Positions 1 to 8,436 of a stretch of 64,000 nucleotides of DNA are shown piece by piece. The stretch comes from Spirochaetaceae bacterium (GTDB lineage: Bacteria > Spirochaetota > Spirochaetia > DSM-2461). The stretch is from positions 529,736 through 593,735 of the forward strand of contig OZ245056.1 in NCBI GenBank assembly GCA_965224705.1. Direction: 5' to 3'. The notes under the pieces are model-generated. The model did no database searches. It saw only the letters and a list, made by a program, of their open reading frames with translations, and was not told where the DNA came from. The translations under genes and the position numbers were made by a program. Each line of letters starts with the position of its first letter. Position 1 is the first letter of the stretch.

Positions 1-1
1 A

Positions 2-1378
2 CAAAGTGCCCGGCAGGCCGAAGTGGACCGTATTCAGGAACAGTACAGACAGGATGTGGAGGCACGTAACGCCCAGGTACTGGCACTGCAGCAATTGCAG
101 GGGCGGCGCAGAGCAGTGCTGCCGCAGATGCGGGCGGCCTACATACAAACAGTCATGGATGAATTTTTAACCCAGGCCACTGCCGCGGACGCCAAGCTGG
201 ATCAGACCAGCAATGAACTCTTTATTACCATGCAGGCCCCCGGCAATACCGTACAGGCATTGGGTACCTATGTCCTGCAGGGAGCCAGTGCCGCTCTGCG
301 CAAACAGGCCCTTAGCAACCCCTCCAGTCTGGCCGTGGAGATTGAACCCTTTGCCAGAGAAGATGGAAACTACGGTCTGGACAGTGCCAGTCTTCACTAC
401 GAAGGCCAGGAGTACGCCATGACGCTCACCGCTGAGAGTGTCCAAAACTCCGGTTCCCGCACAATCACCATAGGTGCCGACGACAGCATAGCCGATTTGG
501 CCCAGACCGCCCTGCAGGATGCCGTTCTGGTGGACCGCAATGCGATGGGCAGTATAACCTACAAGGACGGCACACAGGCATTCATCGATTTTGATGATGA
601 TCTGGGAAGCATAATCCGTCAGATTGCCAAGGTTCCCCAGGACAACAGCAAATGGGCCCTGGTAATCGGCGCCGAAACATACAGGAATACCGACAACATC
701 CTCTACGCCCGCCGCAGTGCGGAAGTATTTGCCCAGGCCATACAGGCCTCCCAGGGCATACCCAAGGGCCATGTCTACACAATCTACGACGAAGAAGCCA
801 CCAGCGGGAACCTGAAAACCCAAATACAGACCCTTCTTGAAAAAGGCATAAGCCAGGGTGATACCGTCTATTTTTACTACAACGGACACGGCATTCCCGC
901 TGCCAATCAGGGCAATGCCCCCTACCTGCTGCCCACCGATATGAGCCCCGATTTTGTAACCAATGAACCATTCTTCCAGATGCAGAACATCCTGGAACAG
1001 TTCCAGAACTCCAAAGCAGGTAAGGTACTGGTCTTTATGGATAGCTGCTTCACCGGCAAGGTGGACGGGCTCTCCGTGTTCAAAAATGTCGCCGCCGCCA
1101 GCCTGGCACCCCGCAAGGTAAACCTGTCCGAACAGGGCAAGGTGGCCGTAATAGCCGCCGGTACCAACACCCAGTATTCCAACGCCTACAGCGAAAAGGG
1201 CCACCGTCTGTTCACCTATTACCTTGTCCGTGCCATAGCCTCGCCCGATGCGCCCATACGCAGTACCAACCAGCTGCACATCGCCGTAAAAAAGGAAGTC
1301 AGTGCCGTTTCCCGCCTTATGGGGCCCCTGAAGTATCAGGACCCAACCATACAGGGCAATGGGGACTTAAGCCTGTAA
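2..1378 (+). CDS. Caspase-like (peptidase C14) domain protein, 5' end probably outside the window
   Basis: The frame is open from base 2, with no stop before the GTG at 23. The C-terminal half shows caspase His/Cys dyad contexts YFYYNGHGIP and VFMDSCFTGK. The N-terminal part is Gln/Ala-rich and looks like a coiled coil. Confidence 0.7.
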   Translation, partial: QSARQAEVDRIQEQYRQDVEARNAQVLALQQLQGRRRAVLPQMRAAYIQTVMDEFLTQATAADAKLDQTSNELFITMQAPGNTVQALGTYVLQGASAALRKQALSNPSSLAVEIEPFAREDGNYGLDSASLHYEGQEYAMTLTAESVQNSGSRTITIGADDSIADLAQTALQDAVLVDRNAMGSITYKDGTQAFIDFDDDLGSIIRQIAKVPQDNSKWALVIGAETYRNTDNILYARRSAEVFAQAIQASQGIPKGHVYTIYDEEATSGNLKTQIQTLLEKGISQGDTVYFYYNGHGIPAANQGNAPYLLPTDMSPDFVTNEPFFQMQNILEQFQNSKAGKVLVFMDSCFTGKVDGLSVFKNVAAASLAPRKVNLSEQGKVAVIAAGTNTQYSNAYSEKGHRLFTYYLVRAIASPDAPIRSTNQLHIAVKKEVSAVSRLMGPLKYQDPTIQGNGDLSL

Positions 1379-1490
1379 GGGGAATATAACCCCTATTTCT
1401 CACCAACATAAAACTGCATAAAAAATCCTGAAAAATTTCTGTTCTCTCCGCTAATATATCAAACAAAAAGTCTCCAGTTAACTGATCCTT

Positions 1491-1523
1491 GTTATTTTCG
1501 TGTTATTTTCGTGTTATTTCCGT
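1491..1523. repeat. 11-bp tandem repeat x3
   Basis: gttattttcgt gttattttcgt gttatttccgt, read directly in the intergenic DNA. Confidence 0.6.
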
Positions 1524-1932
1524 CCAATTTAAGTCGATTTCTTCTGGTTTTCTTCCGTTTTTTCAACCCTCGGGGTACAACTTTCCCAGAGAATCCAGAT
1601 GAGAACTCTCAACTATTTTTATTACCCCTCAGATGACCCGGGATATTCGTATCCAGATGTCCCACCAGGGAAAACTCTCCGGCAGACTGATCCAGATTCG
1701 GCGAACCGTAATCTTTACAGCGGCCGAAACTTTAAGCATCCTTAATCGGATCGTAGAGGACAGGCTTCGGGTTTCATCACCGCTGACCTGCAGAATTGTT
1801 CTTCGAAGATGGACAAAGTGTCCGAAGACGGAACTGTGGGAAGTAATACTGAGTGTCAGAAAGCCTGTAGATGTCTGTTTGCGCTGTACCTGGGTAAGGT
1901 AATATTATACAAATTAAGGAGTTATTTCTGGC

Positions 1933-2994
1933 TTAGTTACCCTTAAGCAGGGCTATTATCTCCTGGTCACTGTTTTTTATAGCTACCTCTAAAGCAGTTC
2001 CAAAGTCAGTTTTATACTGGGTGTCGGCACCGTTGTCAATTAAGAATTCAACCATTTTAGGGTTACTTGTATAGACCGCATAATATAGAGCTGATGCTTT
2101 CATTTTATCGTCGTCTATTACTATGTAGTTAATATCCGCACCATTATCTAATAAATCTCTTGCAAAGCTTATATACTCTTCACCCTTAACTACAGAACAT
2201 GCAACAAGGGGAGGTAGAGGTGTAACCTCTTTATTAAGTTCAGGTGCATATTTAGGATTTACTTCTGCACCTAACTCTAATAGAAGTTTAGCAGCTTCAA
2301 GATTATTAGATATAATTGCAGCGGATATAGGTGTAACTCCATCATTGGGAATATTATTCATATTAGCACCACTGTCTATTAAGAATTTGGTAGTCTCCAA
2401 GTCTTCCAGTGCGTAACGTAAAGAACTACGGCCTTTACCTTCAAGTTCCTTTACATCTCCACCCTTCTCTACAATTAGAGGAATTAGATCCCACATCTGA
2501 TTCATGGAAGCAGTTATAACCGGGTACTTCTCCTTGGAAAGATCAACAACATTCCTCTCTTCTAGCAGGTATTTTACAGCATCACTGTTTTTAGAAGATA
2601 GGGCACCAAAAAATACTGAATAGGTTCCAACAGGTCTAAGGCTAGCTCCATTATCAAGTAGAAGATTAGAGCACTCTTTCTGGTTATTTAATACTGCGTA
2701 GTGAAGCGGGGTTAACTTATTAAGATCAATGCTACTGATGTTATCAGAACCGTAGGATAAGATAAGATCTATCATCTCTATATTACCCGCTTTAGATGCT
2801 ATATGGAGTATTGATGAACCATAACTGTCTACACTGTATGGATCAACTCCTTCGTTTAAGTAGTTTTGTACTGCGAGAGTATCACCAGCCACAACAGCTT
2901 TAATTAATGCATCCTCTTTTGATCTTCCTGCTGTTAAACAGCTACTAAGCAACAGTAGGGCTACAACCAGGTTTTTTGTTTTCATCAATTTCAT
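1933..2994 (-). CDS. Secreted/lipoprotein ankyrin-repeat protein
   Basis: Signal peptide with a lipobox-like LLLSSC. Several ~33-aa ANK units are present (TPLHYAVLNNQKECSNLLLDNGA, SALYYAVYTSNPKMVEFLIDNGAD and others). Confidence 0.8.
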   Translation of the reverse strand: MKLMKTKNLVVALLLLSSCLTAGRSKEDALIKAVVAGDTLAVQNYLNEGVDPYSVDSYGSSILHIASKAGNIEMIDLILSYGSDNISSIDLNKLTPLHYAVLNNQKECSNLLLDNGASLRPVGTYSVFFGALSSKNSDAVKYLLEERNVVDLSKEKYPVITASMNQMWDLIPLIVEKGGDVKELEGKGRSSLRYALEDLETTKFLIDSGANMNNIPNDGVTPISAAIISNNLEAAKLLLELGAEVNPKYAPELNKEVTPLPPLVACSVVKGEEYISFARDLLDNGADINYIVIDDDKMKASALYYAVYTSNPKMVEFLIDNGADTQYKTDFGTALEVAIKNSDQEIIALLKGN

Positions 2995-3146
2995 ATATAA
3001 TCTCCTTCTATTTAAAAAGTGCCTGAACCCGTATAAAAATAAAGGCTAAATCTTATGATGTCCGTGAATGTATAAACGCACCCATATTTTTGGGGCGAAA
3101 TGCCTCGAAAATGCAGAAAAAGCCGGATTCATTCTGGGTTTTTCTT

Positions 3147-3178
3147 CTCTAAAAAATCCACGGATGGATTTTTTAGAG
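3147..3178. other. Perfect 14-bp-stem inverted repeat (hairpin), function unknown
   Basis: ctctaaaaaatcca-cgga-tggattttttagag. A half-copy (ggatgggtgttttttagaggtgccc) recurs near 3990-4014. Confidence 0.5.
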
Positions 3179-3330
3179 GTACCCATTATATTAAAACCCA
3201 CTTAATCCAGCAAGTGAGCCTTATGAAAATAGATACTACTACTGAAACCTGAACCCGTACAGGGGGAATCGCACTGACAGAAAAACATTTAAAGAAATTG
3301 GCTTGGATTTCACATCCGACACCATACAAG

Positions 3331-3616
3331 GAGTCTGTCGGATTTTAAGGCTTCGAGGTGATTTTTGATGATTTTTTCCTGATGCAAGGCGACAAAAACG
3401 GAGCGTAGCTGGGCTACGTGAGTATTTTGGCAACGCAGCAGCAGGGTATGCGAGTCTATGGACTCGCATCCTGAGAAAGTGCCGAGCGATAGCGAGGAAA
3501 AGCCGCCACGGATGGCGGCGAAAACGAACGAAGGCGGCTCTCCAGAAGCAAGCAGGAGGCTTGCTTCTGGAGAGAAGGGCAAAAATCGAGCCGTGAGACG
3601 TAAATCCGACAGGCTC
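3331..3616 (-). mobile_element. Structured MITE-like element, full-length copy (286 bp)
   Basis: Terminal inverted repeats GAGTCTGTCGGATTT...AAATCCGACAGGCTC. The element is flanked by the direct 4-bp duplication CAAG (3327-3330 and 3617-3620). There are four internal hairpins. Related copies lie at 9559, 20293, 42165 and 44533. Confidence 0.65.
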
Positions 3617-4132
3617 CAAGCATAAAGGTACCCGAAAGCGACCTAAGGAAAGTGATAGATGATCTCATTTGCATTCCGGGTAAATTTGTCTGCCATGCAA
3701 ACCAATGGATTCTTCGCTTATGAGAACATGATCCCTGGTATCCGATATTCAAGGAAATCTTTCAGTCGTCGTAGAGCACAACTAAAACAACAGCTCTCAA
3801 TCTATTTCAGGGAAGAGTTCTGTCCGGGGAATCTCGCAAACCCACAAATAGGAGGTAAATCTCCAGCGATTTTGCCCGCATTCGTCATGTTTTGATGTCT
3901 TCATGACAATGTTGGGGCTATACCCACGAAATTTTTGAATAGAAATCAGGTGGCTTGACTTTTTAGGGAGTAAAGATCAAGCCAGAAACGGGATGGGTGT
4001 TTTTTAGAGGTGCCCTCTGCATTTCAAAAAAAGCTCACTCTCATTAAGCTGCATAGCAAGGGCCTTCTCATACACCGACTCAAGTACCCCCTACTCCGTG
4101 CTTTCCGTGAGAAATTCCCCCAAAAAAACTCA

Positions 4133-4161
4133 TTGACAACACTCCCTGCCACTGATATACT
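4133..4161 (+). promoter_or_regulatory. Sigma70-like promoter of the Rpn-family gene
   Basis: TTGACA (4133-4138), 17-nt spacer, TATACT (4156-4161), with the ATG 10 nt downstream. The same arrangement (TTGACA-17-TATCCT) is found in the paralogous copy at about 7944-7972. Confidence 0.45.
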
Positions 4162-4171
4162 TACTCTGGTC

Positions 4172-5059
4172 ATGAGCAAGTATATCAATCCAATGAACGA
4201 CTTTTTCATGCGCTATCTGCTGGGAAGCAAGGGCAGCGAAAACAATTGCCGCGGCTTCGTCAACGCCGTTCTTAAGGACATTGATTTCCCGGCGGTGAGC
4301 AGCCTGGTCATTCTCAATCCTTTCAACCTGAAGGATTATCACGGATACAAGGAAAGTGTTATAGACTGCCGGGCGCAATCCGACGACGGCAGGGTGTTCA
4401 ACATAGAGATTCAGACGAGCCAGTTAAGAGATTTCGATAAAAAAACACTGTTTTACTGGGCCAAGGCCTACACCTCCCCTCTGGAGGAGGGCCATGGATA
4501 CGGTGAACTTTCGCCGGTGATTAGTATTAACCTGTTGGACTTTGTTTTGTGGCCAGAGTTGGAGCAGGTGCACAGTTGTTTCATGCTCAAGGATCTGAGA
4601 AACCCGGACTGTGTTTTTTCAAATGACATCATTGTTCATTGTCTGGAAGCTCCCAAGTTGGAAGGCCACCTGCAGGGTTTAGGCGCGAGTCTGCGTGGAT
4701 GGCTGGCCTACTTGAAATCGGAAGGCAAAGTGCCGGAGACGGAACTGTGGGAAATAATAAAGGAGGATCCCGTGTTACAGGAAGCCCATAAAAAATACAA
4801 TAAATTCTTAAGCGATCCTGAATTGATGGAGGCCTACGAGGGCAGGCAGAAATGGCTGCATGATCAGGCGACAATCAGGGACGAAGGCTTTGAAGACGGC
4901 AGAGAAGAAGGCAAAAAAGAAGGCAAAAAAGAAGGCAAAAAAGAAGGCAAAAAAGAAGGCATAGCACAAACAGTCAAAGGCTTCAAGGCCGCCGGAGTCG
5001 GCATAGAACTCATCATCAAGGCCACAGGACTGAGCGAAGAAGAGATCCGGAAGCTCTAA
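4172..5059 (+). CDS. Rpn-family (YhgA-like, PD-(D/E)XK) recombination-promoting nuclease / putative transposase
   Basis: I start at MSKYINPMNDFFMRYLLGS, the typical N-terminus of this family; the longer tracked ORF from 4010 lacks support. VIDCRAQSDDGRVFNIEIQ is a nuclease-core-like block. Confidence 0.7.
   Translation: MSKYINPMNDFFMRYLLGSKGSENNCRGFVNAVLKDIDFPAVSSLVILNPFNLKDYHGYKESVIDCRAQSDDGRVFNIEIQTSQLRDFDKKTLFYWAKAYTSPLEEGHGYGELSPVISINLLDFVLWPELEQVHSCFMLKDLRNPDCVFSNDIIVHCLEAPKLEGHLQGLGASLRGWLAYLKSEGKVPETELWEIIKEDPVLQEAHKKYNKFLSDPELMEAYEGRQKWLHDQATIRDEGFEDGREEGKKEGKKEGKKEGKKEGIAQTVKGFKAAGVGIELIIKATGLSEEEIRKL
4907..4954 (+). repeat. In-frame 12-bp microsatellite (GAAGGCAAAAAA)x4 encoding EGKK x4
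   Basis: Four perfect units here, against one unit at the equivalent site of the paralogous remnant (about 8104-8115). Confidence 0.8.
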
Positions 5060-5176
5060 CAGAAGCAAGCATCCCTTAAACCCCCTGTGCGAAAGCTCTC
5101 CTGTATTTGAGTTCCCCCCTCAGCCCCCATACGAAGGGTAGTTCAACTGGATTCTATTTTAAGGAAACCACCATGG

Positions 5177-5212
5177 TTCAAGTCGATTGATTATGAGGCA
5201 ACTCGTATTGAT
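5177..5212 (+). mobile_element. Solo terminal-repeat remnant of the rve-type IS
   Basis: ttcaagtcgattgattatgaggcaactcgtattgat closely matches the right end of the IS at 11137-11174 (ttcgagtagattaattatgaggcaattcgagctattgac). Confidence 0.5.
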
Positions 5213-5228
5213 ACTTCAAACAAAGCTG

Positions 5229-5430
5229 GTATAATTGGGTATGGATTGGTACATGAATCTCCCTCAGGAGGAAGGCTACGGCTACGGCAGCGGTCAGAGC
5301 CAGAAAGAAGCTGCCACCCGTGCACTGAAAGACATGGCTATCCAGAACAGCATAAAATCCCGCTTGCCCCTGTCGGTCTTGCGATGCCCTACGGAAAAGA
5401 GTAATTTCCCCACCGTGCGAACCTAAGAAT
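5229..5430 (+). pseudogene. Internally deleted remnant of an LPP20-like lipoprotein gene (paralog of 8437..9558)
   Basis: The DNA is colinear with 8437-8452, 8583-8685 and 8945-8985 of the intact paralog, and the segments between are missing. The first deletion joint sits at a shared GATTGG microhomology. Confidence 0.6.
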
Positions 5431-5556
5431 ATGTTTTCACATCGTTGTTTTTGATTGACCTTTTTTCTCGCGGCCGGGAAATTAAAATTCTCGCTACCCG
5501 AATGAATCGTTACAGAGCCAAATCTTTCTCGGCCAGGCCCTCTATGAGATAAGCTC

Positions 5557-6648
5557 TCAATCGCCCCCGAATTCATCTATCATCGCCCCTCCCAGGCACA
5601 GTTCGTCATCGTAAAAAACGGCAAACTGTCCCGGCGCGATTCCCCGGTCGCTTTCATCCATCTGAACGCGAAGCCGCGTCTTGCCGTCCGCCGCCGGAGA
5701 GAGGGGAGCGATGCGTCCGCTAATGAGCCTGGGGCCGTGACGAAGCTTCATTGTCACCTCAGCGGGAAGATCCGGCTCACCGGAAATCCAGTTTGGGTTA
5801 ACCACGATGAACTGATTAACCGCCGCTTCAATCGCGCCCAGAGTATGAGCAACGGTCACAACGTTATCCTCCCTGTTTCGACTGACCACGTACCAGGGCC
5901 CCCCGGAGAGGCCCAGGCCGGTTCGCTGACCCGTGGTGTAAAACCAGGTGCCCCGATGGGAGCCAAGAACACGACCCGTCCGGGCCTCGACGATGGGTCC
6001 TTTTTTTTCGCCGAGATAGTGCCTGATAAATTCCGTGTACTTGATTTTTCCCAGAAAACAGATGCCTTGACTGTCTTTTCGGGACTTGTTGGGCAAGTTC
6101 CATTCCTCGGCAAGCGCCCGAACCTCCACCTTGGTCATTTGGCCAATGGGAAAAAGGGCGATAGCGGCCTGGGCCTGGGTGAGGTGAGAGAGGAAATAGG
6201 TTTGATCTTTGACCGGGTCGGGTGAGCGCCTAATCCAATACAGACCGCCGGGATCCTGACCACCGAGGGCATAGTGTCCGGAGGCCACCTTGTCCAGCGA
6301 ATCCCCTACCCTGTAGAGAAAGGCCCCGAACTTGATCCGCCGGTTACAGTATATATCAGGACTGGGGGTTCGTCCGGCTTTCAGCTCCGACACGGTCAGG
6401 GCCGCCACCTGGTCCCAGTACTCCCGCTGAAGGCTGATGATTTTCAGTGGAACCTGGGCGAGCGCGCACACCTTTTCGGCATACCGCAAATCCTCGTCCC
6501 AGGGGCAGGAACTCAAGGCCGCCAATTCATCTTCCAACCAGATTTTCAGATAGTACGCGGTAATGTCCGCATCCGGATGCTCGGTTTTCAGCGACACGAG
6601 AGCCGCCGAACTATCAACTCCCCCAGACAAAAGAACCCCAATTTTCAC
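5557..6648 (-). CDS. mnmA: tRNA 2-thiouridine(34) synthase MnmA
   Basis: N-terminal PP-loop MKIGVLLSGGVDSSAAL, 363 aa, with typical internal blocks (CNRRIKFG, SQGICFLG, YTTGQRTGLG). Confidence 0.9.
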   Translation of the reverse strand: MKIGVLLSGGVDSSAALVSLKTEHPDADITAYYLKIWLEDELAALSSCPWDEDLRYAEKVCALAQVPLKIISLQREYWDQVAALTVSELKAGRTPSPDIYCNRRIKFGAFLYRVGDSLDKVASGHYALGGQDPGGLYWIRRSPDPVKDQTYFLSHLTQAQAAIALFPIGQMTKVEVRALAEEWNLPNKSRKDSQGICFLGKIKYTEFIRHYLGEKKGPIVEARTGRVLGSHRGTWFYTTGQRTGLGLSGGPWYVVSRNREDNVVTVAHTLGAIEAAVNQFIVVNPNWISGEPDLPAEVTMKLRHGPRLISGRIAPLSPAADGKTRLRVQMDESDRGIAPGQFAVFYDDELCLGGAMIDEFGGD

Positions 6649-6714
6649 AAAGACATCATCACGCCGGAAAAAAAGATTTGCAAGCCCCGGTCAATTGTGT
6701 GATGATGCAAAAAC

Positions 6715-7092
6715 ATGGCTGGAGCAAGTGAACGAATTGACCGCTTTTCCACCGCCGCCGAAAGCTGGCGCATTATTGCCGGAGATCCCGACCCTCGGGT
6801 GAGTGCCAGAGAGCTATGCCGCTTGTTCGCCAGGGTTCTTGACGACCCAAAAGAAAGCGGAACCCAGGTAGCGGAAGAATCTTTCGCAAAACGTTTGATT
6901 ATGCTGGAGGAAGAACTCCGGCGGCAAAACGGCAATATCACGCACGGCCCGGGCCATGGGTCTTACACCCCGGCAGGTATCATGGCGTCTGAAGAAATAC
7001 GGTATCAACTCACGGGAGTTCAAGCCCAGGAAACCGGCAGGGTGTTCATTGAAGAGAATTACCCCTATCGATACCCCTTAGGATATCCGTAG
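6715..7092 (+). CDS. Hypothetical protein
   Basis: Only an ORF of plausible composition. There is no recognisable domain or clear RBS. It competes with the antisense ORF 6645..6941. Confidence 0.3.
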   Translation: MAGASERIDRFSTAAESWRIIAGDPDPRVSARELCRLFARVLDDPKESGTQVAEESFAKRLIMLEEELRRQNGNITHGPGHGSYTPAGIMASEEIRYQLTGVQAQETGRVFIEENYPYRYPLGYP

Positions 7093-7550
7093 AAGTCCAG
7101 CTTACCTGTACCCTGACCGCTCAATTCCCCCTCAAGGAGTATGGAAATAACCGCCATGGTGGGGACATCATGCGTTAATTCCAGGCAAAGCCAGGAAGCC
7201 AGTTTTCCGATTCCTGGCTGATGGGCGCAAATCATTATATGCGTTTCCCCCTCTCCATGATCCTGGACACATTGGCACAATTCGTCCCGCCCCGCGAGAT
7301 AGAGTCCTTCGTCGTGAATGATGGAAGGTTTCGCCGATGGCCAATGATTCAAGAAGATATCCACCGTTTGCAAAGCTCTATCAGCCATCGAAACGAGCAG
7401 AATTTCCGGCGGCGGGATATTCTCGGAACACACCGTTCCCATGAGGGCCGCATCCTGCCGTCCTTGATCGTTTAACGGGCGCTGCATGTCCAAACCTGAA
7501 TCACTAACTGGTGAGCTTTTAGCGTGTCTAAGAAGTGTGAGACGAAGCAT
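7065..7550 (-). CDS. Histidine phosphatase family protein (SixA-like)
   Basis: N-terminal LLRHAKS (RHG-type catalytic His context), second His in MICAHQPG, about 160 aa. Confidence 0.7.
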   Translation of the reverse strand: MLRLTLLRHAKSSPVSDSGLDMQRPLNDQGRQDAALMGTVCSENIPPPEILLVSMADRALQTVDIFLNHWPSAKPSIIHDEGLYLAGRDELCQCVQDHGEGETHIMICAHQPGIGKLASWLCLELTHDVPTMAVISILLEGELSGQGTGKLDFYGYPKGYR

Positions 7551-7569
7551 AATAGATTGTAAGGTTTGC

Positions 7570-7818
7570 TTAAAAGACTTTCAAGCCGCCGGCTAGCCCT
7601 CCAGGTTGCCTTTTGGGTGGTTTCGCAGGTACTGTGCCCTGCTGTTCGACCGGAGCTGTGCCTTCATCCATATTCAGAATTTTCGTGCTGATCAAAATCT
7701 TTGTGACCGCAGGGATCACCCGGTAACCTTCTGGCGAATGGATGAACCACTTGTTCACGGTGCAGATCGGATGGCCGGTGGCTTCTGAAACCACGCAAAG
7801 AGCGTCTTGCTTATACAT
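7570..7818 (-). CDS. Hypothetical small protein
   Basis: ORF only. I prefer the ATG (MYKQDAL...) preceded by AGGGG over the GTG at 7845. Confidence 0.3.
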   Translation of the reverse strand: MYKQDALCVVSEATGHPICTVNKWFIHSPEGYRVIPAVTKILISTKILNMDEGTAPVEQQGTVPAKPPKRQPGGLAGGLKVF

Positions 7819-7982
7819 GACCCCTGGAGCCTGCAATACCTCCACAGGTTACCATACCAGGCTAAAAACCTATGTCTTGACCCTTCCTCTCTCATATACC
7901 GACTCACCCCCCCCCCACTCCTTGCCTCCGTGAGAGACACTCATTGACAACACTCCCCGTCAATGATATCCTTACTCTGGTC

Positions 7983-8225
7983 ATGAGCAAGTATATCAAT
8001 CCAATGAAAGACTTTAAATTCTTAAGCGATCCTGAATTGATGGAGGCCTACGAGGGCAGGCAGAAGTGGCTCCATGATCAGGCGACAATCAGGGACGAAG
8101 GCTTTGAAGAAGGCAAAAAAGAAGGCATAACGCAAACAGTCAAAGACTTCAAGGCCGCCGGAGCCGACATGGAACTCATCATCAAGGCCACCGGCTTGAG
8201 CGAAGAAGAAATCCGAAAGCTCTAA
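7983..8225 (+). pseudogene. Internally deleted Rpn-family gene (paralog of 4172..5059)
   Basis: The first 11 codons (MSKYINPMKDF) are fused directly to the last ~70 codons (KFLSDPELMEAYEGRQKWLHDQ...). About 600 bp of nuclease core is missing relative to the copy at 4172. Confidence 0.65.
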
Positions 8226-8378
8226 CAGAAACAAATCTCCCTTACCCCCCCTGTGCGAAAGTTCCCTGTATTTGAGTTCTCCCCTCCTGCCGAAGCCTCG
8301 GCCTGGTGCCTCCGTGAGGGACATCCCCCCATGCGAAAGGTAGTTCAACTGGATTTTATTCTGAGGAAACCGCCATGG

Positions 8379-8414
8379 TTCAAGTCGATTGATTATGAGG
8401 CAATTCGTATTGAT
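8379..8414 (+). mobile_element. Solo terminal-repeat remnant of the rve-type IS
   Basis: ttcaagtcgattgattatgaggcaattcgtattgat, the same element as at 5177-5212. Confidence 0.5.
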
Positions 8415-8436
8415 ACTCCAAACAAAGCTGGTATAA

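Noticed and set aside
167-1279. 370-aa minus-strand ORF opposite the caspase-like gene. Similar long antisense ORFs lie at 38694..39530 (opposite the kdgT-like gene), 5737..6225 (opposite mnmA), and many at 15263..19954 (opposite cas9)
   Set aside because: These are shadow ORFs in G+C-skewed or repetitive coding DNA. The opposite strand carries recognisable domains in every case, and the translations are low-complexity (Gly/Ala/Pro/Arg-rich).
1633-1902. 89-aa ORF, and the 63-aa ORF at 41933..42124, sharing the peptide CQKACRCL.ALYLGKV
   Set aside because: The shared peptide comes from the 49-bp dispersed repeat read in one frame. The ORFs are otherwise unrelated, Arg/Cys-rich and lack start signals. 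I treat the region as repeat DNA.
3239-3752. ORFs of 90-126 aa inside the MITE copies (also 44538..44849 and 20279..20788)
   Set aside because: They lie entirely in a repeat with TIRs, hairpins and target duplications, and the frame is not conserved between copies. I treat them as spurious.
6645-6941. 98-aa minus-strand ORF upstream of mnmA
   Set aside because: It overlaps the equally unsupported plus-strand ORF 6715..7092, has no domain signal and would begin inside the mnmA promoter region. I kept only the plus-strand ORF, at low confidence.
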